Origin: an uncultured Clostridia bacterium
GTDB lineage: Bacteria; Bacillota; Clostridia; Christensenellales; UBA1242
Direction: 5' to 3'
Assembly (NCBI GenBank): GCA_947595235.1
Contig: CANQEP010000003.1
Span: 1-45,841 of the forward strand
Length of the DNA: 45,841 bases
The notes beneath the pieces are model-generated. The model did not search any database. It saw only the letters and a list, made by a program, of their open reading frames with translations, and had not been told where the DNA came from. Positions 18,370-28,318 of the stretch are shown one piece after another. Position 1 is the stretch's first letter. Each line of letters begins with the position of its first letter. The position numbers and the translations under genes were made by a program.

Positions 18370-20175
18370 ATGCGAAAGAGCCGTGTTGACCTTAGAAGTG
18401 ACGTTGAGTTGTCCCTCACCGAAGAGCAGAAAAAACAAAAATTCAACTTCAAGTTGTTGAAGTTGTTTTTCAGATACTATCGTGAGGTGTGGGGCTGCGT
18501 TTTTCTTACAATCTTGACCATGATTTTGTCTGCAGCGATGAGCGTTGTTATGACCATTTTCAGTGGTAACCTTTTGTCGGCGTTCAGCGACGGCTTTGTT
18601 TTCAAAAACGCTTTGAAGTGGGGGCTTTTGACGTTTGGCGCGGCGGCGTTCATAAGTTTTGACAACTGGATTTGTAACCTCTTTTGGAAAAGGTCGAATT
18701 TTAGCATCTTCATCCTTATGAAAAACGACATCATGGAGCGTGTGAACTCCCTTGACCAAAGTTGCCTTGACCGAGTTGACGCCCTAAAATTCTTGCAACG
18801 CATTGACTGGGACGCGAACAATACGGTCAACAAACTCTTTGACATCATGAACATCATTATTAACCTTGTCAGCGGTCTGGCGTTCTTGTCGTACACGCTC
18901 TATCTCAACTTGTATGTTGGCCTTTTCTTGGCGGTGTATGTCTTTGTTTATGCGCTCATAAAGTACTGCCACAACAAAGTTAGGCAAAAGAACCGCCGAG
19001 TCATAAAGTCGTATGCCTATCGAACGAACACGGTGCAAGTGGACAACATCCGCGGAATGAAAGACCTTCGGGGAATAAACGCCAATTCGCAGATTTCTTC
19101 TATGCAAGAGAACATAACGGGCTACCGCTGGTCCATGAACTACAAAAATTCAAAAATAGATGAGCGTTTCACCTTTGGCGCGAACATCACCGCAGACATT
19201 TTTAACCTTGTTTTCATTGTGCTTTGCGCCTACATGATTATGAGGGGGCAACTTTTCATTGCGGGCTTCATGATTGCCTATAACTACAAGGGGCAGATAA
19301 TAACCCTTGCGGGGCAGATTGCCGAATTTAGAGACGAAATTAACGACTGCCTTTACTCTGCAATGTGGGTGAACAACCTCTTTGACGAAAAGCAGTATCC
19401 TCTTGAAAAGTTTGGAAGCGAGGAACTTAAAGATTTTTGCGGAAATGTTGAGTTCAAAGACGTTAGGTTCGAGTATGTTCAATCCATGCCAGTTTTAAAC
19501 GGCATAAGTTTCAAGGTTGAACCAAAGAGCGTTGTTGCCTTTGTTGGCGAGAGCGGAGGAGGAAAGAGCACAATAATTTCCCTCATAAACAAGGTCTACA
19601 CGCTTAAAGAGGGACAAGGGGAGGTGCTTCTTGACGGGCACAACATCAACACCCTCACAAAGGACAGCATAAGGGACAACATATGCGTGGTTTTGCAGTC
19701 GCCATATATGTTCGACATGACCATTGCCGAGAACTTGCGCCTTGCGAAGTCTGATGCAACAGACGAGGAACTTCTTGAAGTGCTAAAAAAGGCAAAACTC
19801 AGCGATTTTGTTTCGCGACTTCCAGAAAAGTTGAACACCCGACTTGGTGACAACGGAATGAAACTCAGCGACGGACAGCGTCAGCGATTTGCCATTGCAA
19901 GGGCACTTTTGAAGAACGCACGCATAATTGTTTTTGATGAGGCGACAAGTTCGCTAGACAACGAGAATCAAGCAAAGATAAAGCGGATTATAAAGTCGCT
20001 AAAAAAGGACCACACCATCATCATTGTTGCGCACCGCCTTTCAAGTGTTGAGGACAGCAACAAGATATTTTTCATAAAAGACGGGCAAGTGTTTGCCGAG
20101 GGCACGCACGAGAGCCTATATAATAGTTGCGAGGAGTACAGAAATCTTTGCAATGCAGAAAGTGAGGAAGAATAA
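18370..20175 (+). CDS. ABC exporter half-transporter (permease + ATPase)
   Basis: N-terminal TM domain, Walker A GESGGGKST, variant signature LSDGQ, Walker B IIVFDE and H-loop AHRL. Confidence 0.93.
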   Translation: MRKSRVDLRSDVELSLTEEQKKQKFNFKLLKLFFRYYREVWGCVFLTILTMILSAAMSVVMTIFSGNLLSAFSDGFVFKNALKWGLLTFGAAAFISFDNWICNLFWKRSNFSIFILMKNDIMERVNSLDQSCLDRVDALKFLQRIDWDANNTVNKLFDIMNIIINLVSGLAFLSYTLYLNLYVGLFLAVYVFVYALIKYCHNKVRQKNRRVIKSYAYRTNTVQVDNIRGMKDLRGINANSQISSMQENITGYRWSMNYKNSKIDERFTFGANITADIFNLVFIVLCAYMIMRGQLFIAGFMIAYNYKGQIITLAGQIAEFRDEINDCLYSAMWVNNLFDEKQYPLEKFGSEELKDFCGNVEFKDVRFEYVQSMPVLNGISFKVEPKSVVAFVGESGGGKSTIISLINKVYTLKEGQGEVLLDGHNINTLTKDSIRDNICVVLQSPYMFDMTIAENLRLAKSDATDEELLEVLKKAKLSDFVSRLPEKLNTRLGDNGMKLSDGQRQRFAIARALLKNARIIVFDEATSSLDNENQAKIKRIIKSLKKDHTIIIVAHRLSSVEDSNKIFFIKDGQVFAEGTHESLYNSCEEYRNLCNAESEEE

Positions 20176-20195
20176 AAGGCTCAGTTGAGCCTTTT
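20174..20195. terminator. Bidirectional intrinsic terminator
   Basis: AAAAGGCTC-AGTT-GAGCCTTTT, overlapping both convergent stop codons. Confidence 0.75.
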
Positions 20196-21339
20196 AATTT
20201 TCGTAGTCATCTTTGAAGTTGTGAACAACGCCACTTTTGTCTTTATAGGCAATGACGGTTGAGAGGTTGACGTTCTCAACGCTTGCAAAGATGTTTTGGT
20301 CGACTTGCGGGTCGTCTTTTTTAAGCATGGCAATGAGGTTTTTGACCTTCTTGCGCTTTGAACTTGTGCTCCCGAAGGCGCTATTTTCAAGGTGGCAGTT
20401 TTCTGTGAACTTGCAAGCGCACTGAATAAAATTAAGGCAGTTATAGTCTCGCCAAGCAATGATGTCCTCTTCGCGTATGAGGTACATTGGGCGGATGAGT
20501 TCCATGCCGCTAAAGTTGGTGCTGTGGAGTTTTGGCATCATGGTTTGGACTTGCGCGCCATAGAGCATACCCATAAGAATGGTCTCAATAACGTCGTCGT
20601 AGTGGTGACCGAGCGCAATTTTGTTGCAACCGAGTTTCTTTGCCTCGCTGTAGAGATATCCGCGCCTCATCCTTGCACAAATGTAGCAAGGGGACTTTTC
20701 GATGCTAAAGACATTTTCAAAGATGTTGGTCTCAAAAATGGTTATTGGAATGTTGAGAATTTCCGCGTTCTTTTTTATGATTTCCAAATTTTCGGGGCTG
20801 TAGCCGGGGTTCATGACAAGAAACACCAACTCAAAATCGAACTTGTTGTGACGTTGCAACTCTTGAAAGAGTTTCGCCATTAGCATGCTGTCTTTGCCCC
20901 CAGAAATGCAGACGGCAACTTTGTCATTTGGCTTCAAGAGTTCATACTCGTTTATTGCCTTGCAAAACTTTGAAAAAATCTTTCTGTGGAACTTCTTTCT
21001 TATGCTCTCTTCAACTTCGCGAGCCTTGTTTTTGGGGTCAATGGCGCCCATGCTCTCTTTTAGCCAACCAACATAGCCACCAATAAGGGCAAAGGCTTTT
21101 ATGCCGCGATTTTGAAGATTGGCGGCGGCCTCTTGTGAGCATTCTCCCGTCTTTGAACAGAGGTAATACTCCTTCTCTTTTGAGAACTTGTCAAGACTGG
21201 CGAGAAGTTGGCTTTCGGGGATGTTAATTGCCCCTGGAATGTGCCCGCACAAAAACTCGTCTTCACTCCTTGTGTCAACGACCACGCATATGTCTTTGCC
21301 TTTTTTTGCCATGAATGAATATGTAACCTCGTTTTCCAT
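20194..21339 (-). CDS. ttcA: Rhodanese-domain / tRNA 2-thiocytidine (s2C32) synthase TtcA fusion
   Basis: N-terminal DTR..EF..GHIPGAINIP rhodanese domain, then PP-loop SGGKDS, PCYICARMRRG, HHYDD and IRPM. Confidence 0.85.
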   Translation of the reverse strand: MENEVTYSFMAKKGKDICVVVDTRSEDEFLCGHIPGAINIPESQLLASLDKFSKEKEYYLCSKTGECSQEAAANLQNRGIKAFALIGGYVGWLKESMGAIDPKNKAREVEESIRKKFHRKIFSKFCKAINEYELLKPNDKVAVCISGGKDSMLMAKLFQELQRHNKFDFELVFLVMNPGYSPENLEIIKKNAEILNIPITIFETNIFENVFSIEKSPCYICARMRRGYLYSEAKKLGCNKIALGHHYDDVIETILMGMLYGAQVQTMMPKLHSTNFSGMELIRPMYLIREEDIIAWRDYNCLNFIQCACKFTENCHLENSAFGSTSSKRKKVKNLIAMLKKDDPQVDQNIFASVENVNLSTVIAYKDKSGVVHNFKDDYEN

Positions 21340-21417
21340 ATATGTGCATTATATCAAAAACCAACGCGCATTGCAAGGACATATTTTGAGAACGCGAAAG
21401 AAAAACCGCAAACGCGG

Positions 21418-22372
21418 TTATTTCTCTTTTACTGCAAGATATATTAGGTCCACAGCCTTGTCTATACCAACAGAACTGTCGATCATGAGGTTATAGTTGT
21501 CTTTGTTGCCCCACTCTTTTCCGCTGGCATTTTCATAGAACTTGGCGCGTCTCTTGTCTGCCTTTTCAATGTTTTCGGAGGCAAGGCTTTCGGTGTCGCC
21601 ATAGTTTTTCATGATGCGCTCTTTTCTGTAGTTAAGAGGTGCATAAACAAAGACTTTGTATGGGTCAAAGGATGCAAGAACGTGGTCGGCGGCTCTTCCA
21701 ACAAGCACGCACGCGCCATGCTTTGCTATTTCTGTTAAAATCTTGTCTTGCGCATTTATTGCGGTTTGATTTGCCTCGGCGGAGAGGTAAAGGCTGTACA
21801 AAATGGAGTCCTTTTCCTCAATGTTGTCGATATAGTCAGAGGCAAGTCCGCTTTCGCTTGCGGCAAGCGAAGTGAGTTCTTTGTCATAGAACGGAACGCC
21901 AAGTTTTTCGGCAAGTTTTTTGCCAATTTCTCTGCCACCCGCTCCGTGCTGACGCGAGATTGTTATTATTCTTCCTTGAATTGAGTTTTTAATTGTTGCA
22001 GGTGATTGCGCCCCGAGAGAAGATGCACTCATGCTCTTGTAGGTTAAAACTAGCAAAATGACAGAGATTGCGAAGGTCAAAACGTCGCTTATTGGCGCAG
22101 ACCAATAGAACGCGTTTGTTGAAATTAGTGGCAAGAGGTAGGCAAGGGGAACAACAAAAATAACGTCGTGCAAAAGGGCAATGGTCATTGCTTTTACGGG
22201 CATTCCAATGGCTTGAAAGAAAATTGAAATGACCTTTATAAGGCAAGTTAGAAAGATAAAGCCTATATAAATTCTAAAGGCGCTTATTCCAAGGGCGTAT
22301 TCGGCAGGAGAGCAAGTTGCCTTTGAGTAGCCAAATATTCCAAGCAAGAGACTTGGGCACGCCTCAAAATAA
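21418..22372 (-). pseudogene. 5'-truncated MATE efflux / cytidylate-kinase-like fusion (kinase-like domain intact)
   Basis: Only the last few MATE helices remain (FFQAIGMPVKA..), followed by IITISRQHGAGGREIG..VGRAAD. No in-frame start follows the RBS-like AAGAGG. The ORF-track N-terminus is translated leader sequence. Confidence 0.6.
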
Positions 22373-22453
22373 TACCTCTTTTGAAAAATAAAACAGCAAG
22401 CATTTTTGCTTGCTGTTTCCAATGTTTTACGCAACTCAAAACAGAGGTATTAT
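22368..22453 (-). promoter_or_regulatory. Structured 5' leader with anti-RBS pairing and an internal hairpin
   Basis: After TGCTATAAT, ACCTCTGTTTTGA pairs with TCAAAAGAGGT. Inner hairpin AAACAGCAAGCA-AAAA-TGCTTGCTGTTT is followed by a U-rich run. Confidence 0.5.
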
Positions 22454-22505
22454 AGCATAATCAAATTTTTCGCGCAAAGGGTTTTTTAAAAATTTTGCAC
22501 AAATT

Positions 22506-25196
22506 TTATCCCTTGAAGAGGGTCACAAAGAATGTGAAGAATGGCTTTAAGTAAACGAGCACGCCAACGGCAAGAAGTATTGCGCACGCGCCTATAAATC
22601 CAATCCAAACTATTGGCTTTTTGTTTGCCAAATCGAACTTGGCGTTAAGAATTGCAAAGACAATGAATATGAGTAGCGCAACAATAGAAATTATTAGGCA
22701 AAGTTTGAGGTATTGAGGCTCATAGCCAATGACGATGTTGTTTTCTCCTTCGGCAAGTTCAACACTCATAAAGCCACTGAATGTTGGGGTGACTTTTGCG
22801 CTTTCACCGTTGATTTCTGCCGTCATGTGGTTAAGGTAGGTGAATGGAATGAACGCATACTTTAAGCCTTGCGCGTTGTCCACCTTGACTTCAAGGGTTC
22901 TGTCTTTAATTTCAAGGCTGGCGCTATTGAAGGTGGCGCTTTCGTGAACTTGCCTAAATGTAGCAATGTCGAAGGTGGCAAGTTCAAGGTTCTCTTTGAG
23001 GGTGTCAATATTTATCATGCTGTTAAATGACTTTGGTACCTTTATTTCAAGTGACGAGGTCTTCAAAACTCCAAGGTCGTTTATGCCCCTCGCAAGCACT
23101 CTGCCCATGACCCCACTCTCTGTTATTATGCCGTCAACAATTTGGTTCTTAACAGAGATGTAGGCAATTTGACCCACTGGAAGAGCGTTTGCAGAAATGG
23201 TGAAGTAGTCGTCATCTTCGCTAATGTTTAGGTCTTGGGTCTTCAAGATGTCGTCACTCTTGCCATAGAGCGCTTTATAGAGTTCGTTTTGCCTTTCAAA
23301 ATATGTCGCATCCTTCGAGAAAACTTCATTGAGGTCAACATTTGTTGTGAGAACTTCATACATTGTGAAGTTGAGTTCATAGAGGTAGACGTCAAAGTTT
23401 ATGTCATCTATGGTGACGTCTGTCTTGTCGTCGTTGAGGTTCACCACTTCGTCGCAGTAGTTGAATTGACCAATTTTTGTGTAGTAGGCGCTGTCAAGTT
23501 CCTCGCTAGAGAGAACATATTTGTTGTCGAGCATGATGTCGGTCATTATTGTTCCCCCAGAACTCAAAAGGATTGAGTGATTGGTGTTTATGCCAAGCGC
23601 GTCATAGCCTTGGAATTGCTCCTCGCTGGAAATGTGTATCCACGTTTGAAGGGAAGGGAAGCGCGTCAGTTCGGCAAAGTTGGAGTTGTAAAGTGCCTCG
23701 CGGTCTTTGATTTTGTAGGACGCGTCAAGTTCGCTCAAATCAAGAGCAAGGGCGTTGCTAATGCGCGAGGTGTTTTTGTATCCCGGTTCGCCAACAAAGG
23801 CAATGGCTCCGCAAAGTATCTGGGCAGTGACAAGCACAAAAATGAGCACGCCTCCGCAAAGTTCTCCAAGTTTGAGTTTTGAAATTTTGAGACGCAAGAA
23901 AAGTTCAATAAGTGTGTAGGTGAGGGCAAAGATTGCAAAAGTAATCATGAATTGCGTGATGTGAACGGGCCTATATGGGTGAGCGGAAACACTTATGTCA
24001 ATGCTGGCGATAAACAAAACAACAAGGCACATGACAAGTGCGGGGCAAAGTGTGAGTTGGAACATCTTTATTCGCGACTCTCTCTTCTCGTTTATTGCCA
24101 CTTCTTTTGGAGCGGTCATGTACTTGTCGATATAGTATAGCGCGCCAAAAATGGCGAACATTATAATAACAAAGCCATACCTTAGTGGAAAGCATTGGTA
24201 ACTTCCCGTGTGCCACATTTTGTTTATTGGCTCAATCAAGATGCCAATGCTGAGGGTTATGAACGTTACAAGGAAGAAAAGGACGGTCTTTTTGTCTTCT
24301 TTTATCTTGAACATGAGTCTCACAAAGAACACGAAAGGCAGAGCATACATAAACACAACAATGACTTTGCTGAAAAAGTAAGAGAACATACTTGAAAGAG
24401 TTTCTGCCGAAGTGTTTGCAAAGCGGTGCGCTTGAAGTGAGGTTAAACATGACGGTATGAACGCCACAAAACTCATGAGAATGCTAATGATTATTGCAAA
24501 AAATAGGTGCGAGGCAACTTTCTTTTTCTCGCTTGCAAGAAAGATGATGTAGTAAAGAGCAATGACAACAATTCCAACAAGCACCATGTAGGAAATGTAG
24601 TAACTAAGGCACAGCATATATGTTAAAGTCAGCACGAACCAAAGGTTTTTGCCCTTCTCGATGAGGGGCTTTGCTGACATTATGAGAAGAGGAAGAAGTA
24701 TCATGAGATCAAGCCAGCCAATGTTTGTGAAGTGAACGAGCGTCCAACCCGAATATGTCCAAACAAGGCTGAACAAAAGGAGTGTCCACTTGCTGGTGTT
24801 TTTGAAAAAGTATTTGAAGCAAAGGTACGCGGTTGTTGCCATGAGAGCAAGTTTTATGATTATCAAGAACGCAACGGCGAACATGACATCAGTGCGAGGG
24901 AAGAGTGCAATAAGCCAGTCGATTGGCGAGAGGTAGCCGTTCAAGAAGAAGGTGGTTATAATGCTTCCTCCACCGCCAAGGTTGAAGTCAACAAAAATGT
25001 TCGCCTTGCCATGAAAGATGTCGTTAAGGTTGGTGTAGAAGGGAACGAGTTGCTCGTTATAGTCAATGTAGCCGAGGTTGTTCTTGCCAAAAGGGAAGAT
25101 GCCTTTAATTATCATTGCAAGAACAAAAACGGCAATGGTGATGAGCGCGGGCAAAGAGTATTCCAAAACTTTTAGCCACTTTTGTTTTTTATCCAT
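22506..25196 (-). CDS. yfhO: YfhO family membrane protein (GT-C-fold glycosyltransferase)
   Basis: 896 aa with many TM helices; PFG..DYNEQLVPF, DFNLGGG, YLSP, and a C-terminal ..GFMSVELAEGENNI.. domain. Confidence 0.85.
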   Translation of the reverse strand: MDKKQKWLKVLEYSLPALITIAVFVLAMIIKGIFPFGKNNLGYIDYNEQLVPFYTNLNDIFHGKANIFVDFNLGGGGSIITTFFLNGYLSPIDWLIALFPRTDVMFAVAFLIIIKLALMATTAYLCFKYFFKNTSKWTLLLFSLVWTYSGWTLVHFTNIGWLDLMILLPLLIMSAKPLIEKGKNLWFVLTLTYMLCLSYYISYMVLVGIVVIALYYIIFLASEKKKVASHLFFAIIISILMSFVAFIPSCLTSLQAHRFANTSAETLSSMFSYFFSKVIVVFMYALPFVFFVRLMFKIKEDKKTVLFFLVTFITLSIGILIEPINKMWHTGSYQCFPLRYGFVIIMFAIFGALYYIDKYMTAPKEVAINEKRESRIKMFQLTLCPALVMCLVVLFIASIDISVSAHPYRPVHITQFMITFAIFALTYTLIELFLRLKISKLKLGELCGGVLIFVLVTAQILCGAIAFVGEPGYKNTSRISNALALDLSELDASYKIKDREALYNSNFAELTRFPSLQTWIHISSEEQFQGYDALGINTNHSILLSSGGTIMTDIMLDNKYVLSSEELDSAYYTKIGQFNYCDEVVNLNDDKTDVTIDDINFDVYLYELNFTMYEVLTTNVDLNEVFSKDATYFERQNELYKALYGKSDDILKTQDLNISEDDDYFTISANALPVGQIAYISVKNQIVDGIITESGVMGRVLARGINDLGVLKTSSLEIKVPKSFNSMINIDTLKENLELATFDIATFRQVHESATFNSASLEIKDRTLEVKVDNAQGLKYAFIPFTYLNHMTAEINGESAKVTPTFSGFMSVELAEGENNIVIGYEPQYLKLCLIISIVALLIFIVFAILNAKFDLANKKPIVWIGFIGACAILLAVGVLVYLKPFFTFFVTLFKG

Positions 25197-25276
25197 AAAT
25201 TTTTCCTTTTTATATTTGATAAAGACATTCTACATTATAAGTTAAAAAAAATCAAAGGGAATTAACCCTTTGACTG

Positions 25277-25744
25277 TTATTTTATAATTCCTCCACAGCA
25301 TTTGAGCTCATAGACCAGACTATGTTTATACCTGATTTTCTCCACTCCTGAAAAGTTTTCAAGGTTTCCGCGAGAAGAAAAGGTGTAGGTGTAGTCGCCC
25401 GCCTTGAACTTTCTGTTGCCACGAACGGGGAGTGGGTCGGTTTTGTCAAGTTTCATAAGAGCGGGGCGAAGAACGTCGTTATAAATCTTTGGGTCAACCT
25501 CAGCGCCCACTCCATAGCCATAATAGAGCATTCCCCAAACGCTGACCCCGTCAATATAAACAACTTCATGCCCCATAAAGCGCTCACCCCCAAAGTAGGT
25601 GTCGTGATATACCGCCTTTTTGTTTTCCACTTCGCCCTCAAAAGTGTAGTCTTTTGAACACTGCCTTGTGGGGGTGCTTTCCAAGATGTTTTTGTTTGCG
25701 TAGGTGTTTTTCTTTGCTTCAATCAAAAAATCAATAAAATCCAT
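25277..25744 (-). CDS. DUF5680 family protein
   Basis: FLIEAKKNTYA, YHDTYFGGERFMGHEVVY, WGMLYYG, PVRG and FSGVEKI. Confidence 0.8.
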   Translation of the reverse strand: MDFIDFLIEAKKNTYANKNILESTPTRQCSKDYTFEGEVENKKAVYHDTYFGGERFMGHEVVYIDGVSVWGMLYYGYGVGAEVDPKIYNDVLRPALMKLDKTDPLPVRGNRKFKAGDYTYTFSSRGNLENFSGVEKIRYKHSLVYELKCCGGIIK

Positions 25745-25941
25745 AAAAACCTCATTTTGTGCCATTTTTTGTGCTATTTTTGTTCGTTTTTGCGTTTTTT
25801 CAAAAGTATTATATCAAATTTTGCAGATTTTTCAAACAATTATTCGCGCTTTTTTGCATAACAAATAGAGTTTTTGCTTGACGAAAAATTGTTTTGTTTA
25901 TATATTTTTGTTATAAAATGTCGAAAAAGAGAGCGTGGTTT

Positions 25942-26724
25942 GTGAAAAAATTTCTTGCGCTGTTTCTAATTCTTCCTTTGCTCCTCGTCGGTTGTGGCAA
26001 GACTGAGGAAAAGGATGAGATTGTTTCTTTAAAAGTTGACCAAAACTTCTTGAGCCAAGACTTTTATGTTGGTGACCAAGTGGACTTGTCCTCTTATTCA
26101 TTGACGCTAGTTTACTCTTCGGGCAAAGAAGAAAGCGTGCCACTAAGCATTGCAACAATACAAAATTTTAGCACTGCCGTTGCGGGCGAGATTGATGTTG
26201 TTATCACTTATGCGGGGCTTTCGGTGACTGTTCATCTTCTCATTTCAAATCCCGCTCCCGTCAATATGAGATACGCGGGCGAGGGGATTGTCTTTTACTA
26301 TGGTGAAGGGTTCGACCTTGAAAATCAATATGTCTTTGTTTTGTATGACAGTGGCGACGAAGTGAAAATTCCCCTTGCCGACCTTGAACTTGAAGATTTG
26401 GGTGGCGGCGTTTTGAGGGCAAAGTTTTTTGACCTTCATGTTGATATTGAGTATGTTTCCTTGTATCACGAAATAGAACTTTTGCAAGAATATGAGGTGA
26501 ACAACCCATTCATGGGCGGGGAGTTTGTTGGACAGATTTTGCAAAGCAACAATGAACTTGTTTTGCTTGTAAGATATGCACAAAGTGGCAGAGACTACAA
26601 TGTTTTTGGTCTCACCGACATGGGCGACGGGCACTATGAAACACAATTTTTGTTTGACGGCGACTTAAGAACATATGAGATATACCTTGCAAATGGCAAA
26701 ATTCAAATTGTTGAGAAAGCATAG
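25942..26724 (+). CDS. Lipoprotein with bacterial Ig-like (Big_3-type) domains
   Basis: GTG start KKFLALF..LLVGC lipobox; FYVGDQVDLS..LVYSSG..FSTAVAG..VVITY pattern, partly repeated. Confidence 0.75.
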   Translation: MKKFLALFLILPLLLVGCGKTEEKDEIVSLKVDQNFLSQDFYVGDQVDLSSYSLTLVYSSGKEESVPLSIATIQNFSTAVAGEIDVVITYAGLSVTVHLLISNPAPVNMRYAGEGIVFYYGEGFDLENQYVFVLYDSGDEVKIPLADLELEDLGGGVLRAKFFDLHVDIEYVSLYHEIELLQEYEVNNPFMGGEFVGQILQSNNELVLLVRYAQSGRDYNVFGLTDMGDGHYETQFLFDGDLRTYEIYLANGKIQIVEKA

Positions 26725-26824
26725 TTGAAAGTGGCTTTTGTGCCATTTTTAATTTTTTTCGGTATTGACATTTGACGGGTTTTGTTTTATCATAGCCCTA
26801 GAAAATATTTTTGGGGGAATAACA

Positions 26825-28258
26825 ATGGAAGAAAGAGATATCAAGCCAAACAAGGACCAAGAGGTTTTGTTTCACTATCACGCTCTTTGCCCGCTGGATG
26901 GAAGGTATGCAAGCGTGGGAAAGAGGATGGGCGAGTACTTTTCTGAGTATGCGCTTGTTAAAAATAGAGTAAATGTGGAAGTCGAGTGGCTGTTATTTTT
27001 GCTAGATAATGTAAATAGCGACATATTGGACAAGTTTGATGAGCGTGACGAAAAACTTATTTCTGCGATTGAGAGCATTGCCACTAACTTTGACGACAAC
27101 GCCATGCTTGAAGTTAAGGCGATTGAAAAGGTCACCAACCATGACGTGAAAGCGGTTGAGTTGTATGTTGCAAACAAACTCAAAGAGAAGGGTCTTGGCG
27201 ACCTTGTAAGTTATGTGCACATCGGCCTCACCTCAGAGGACGTCAACAACACCTCATATGCAAGGATGCTTACTGGGGGCCTTAACGATGTTTGGGTGCC
27301 GGCGGCAGAAAAGTTGTTGAATGAGGTCAGCAAGATTGCAAAAGACAACGCAGATGTTCCAATGCTTGCCCACACTCATGGTCAACCCGCAACCCCAACA
27401 ACGCTTGGCAAGGAGTTCGCCGTCTATGTTCAAAGGCTAAAAAAGATTCTTGGCGACATCAAGACATTTGAGGCAAACGGCAAGGTCAACGGCGCAACGG
27501 GGAACTATGCGGCGCTGTCTGTTGCATTCCCAAACTACGATTGGGAAAAACTTGCCGAAAAGTTTGTTGAAGAGAACTTGTGGCTCAAATTCAATCCCGT
27601 AACAACGCAGATTGAAAACCACGACTATATGTGCAAACTCTTTGACGAAATCCGCGAGTTCAACAATGTTCTTCTTGACATGGACCTTGACATGTGGATG
27701 TACATAAGCAAAGGCTACTTCAAGCAAATTCCAGTAAAGACTGAGGTTGGCAGCAGCACAATGCCCCACAAGGTTAACCCAATAAACTTCGAAAACAGCG
27801 AGTCAAACATTGAGATTTCAAACGCACTTCTCACCGCGCTTTCAAACAAGTTGCCTCGTTCAAGGTGGCAGAGAGATTTGTCTGACTCGTCAACTCAAAG
27901 AAACATCGGCATGGCGATGGGCTACTCGCTTCAAGCAATCGAGCAAGCAAAGGTGGGGCTCTCTAAGTGCGCGGTGGACAAAAACAAAATAAGCAGCGAA
28001 CTTGAAAACTCGTGGGCTGTGCTTGCCGAGGCGGTGCAGACCGTTCTTAGAGTCTATGGCATTCCCGACGCCTATAACCAACTGAAAGAGGTCACTCGTG
28101 GCAAAGAAATCGGAAAAGAGGATATGCAAAACTTCATCGCCAGCCTTCCAATAAGCAATGAGGACAAAGCAAATCTTCTTTCAATGACTCCATCTTCATA
28201 CACGGGCTACTCAGAGCGCATTGCGAAAGAGTACTCAGAACTTGGCGAAGATGACTAA
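26825..28258 (+). CDS. purB: Adenylosuccinate lyase
   Basis: ALCPLDGRY, TNHDVKAVE, HIGLTSED, HTHGQPATPTT and GSSTMPHKVNPINFENSE signature. ATG 26825 follows GGGGG. Confidence 0.97.
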   Translation: MEERDIKPNKDQEVLFHYHALCPLDGRYASVGKRMGEYFSEYALVKNRVNVEVEWLLFLLDNVNSDILDKFDERDEKLISAIESIATNFDDNAMLEVKAIEKVTNHDVKAVELYVANKLKEKGLGDLVSYVHIGLTSEDVNNTSYARMLTGGLNDVWVPAAEKLLNEVSKIAKDNADVPMLAHTHGQPATPTTLGKEFAVYVQRLKKILGDIKTFEANGKVNGATGNYAALSVAFPNYDWEKLAEKFVEENLWLKFNPVTTQIENHDYMCKLFDEIREFNNVLLDMDLDMWMYISKGYFKQIPVKTEVGSSTMPHKVNPINFENSESNIEISNALLTALSNKLPRSRWQRDLSDSSTQRNIGMAMGYSLQAIEQAKVGLSKCAVDKNKISSELENSWAVLAEAVQTVLRVYGIPDAYNQLKEVTRGKEIGKEDMQNFIASLPISNEDKANLLSMTPSSYTGYSERIAKEYSELGEDD

Positions 28259-28264
28259 AAACAA

Positions 28265-28291
28265 GAAAAAGCGAACATGATGTTCGCTTTT
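28265..28291 (+). terminator. Intrinsic terminator after purB
   Basis: AAAAAGCGAACA-TGA-TGTTCGCTTTTT. Confidence 0.75.
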
Positions 28292-28318
28292 TAACTCAAT
28301 CAAAAAAAGGATGTTACA

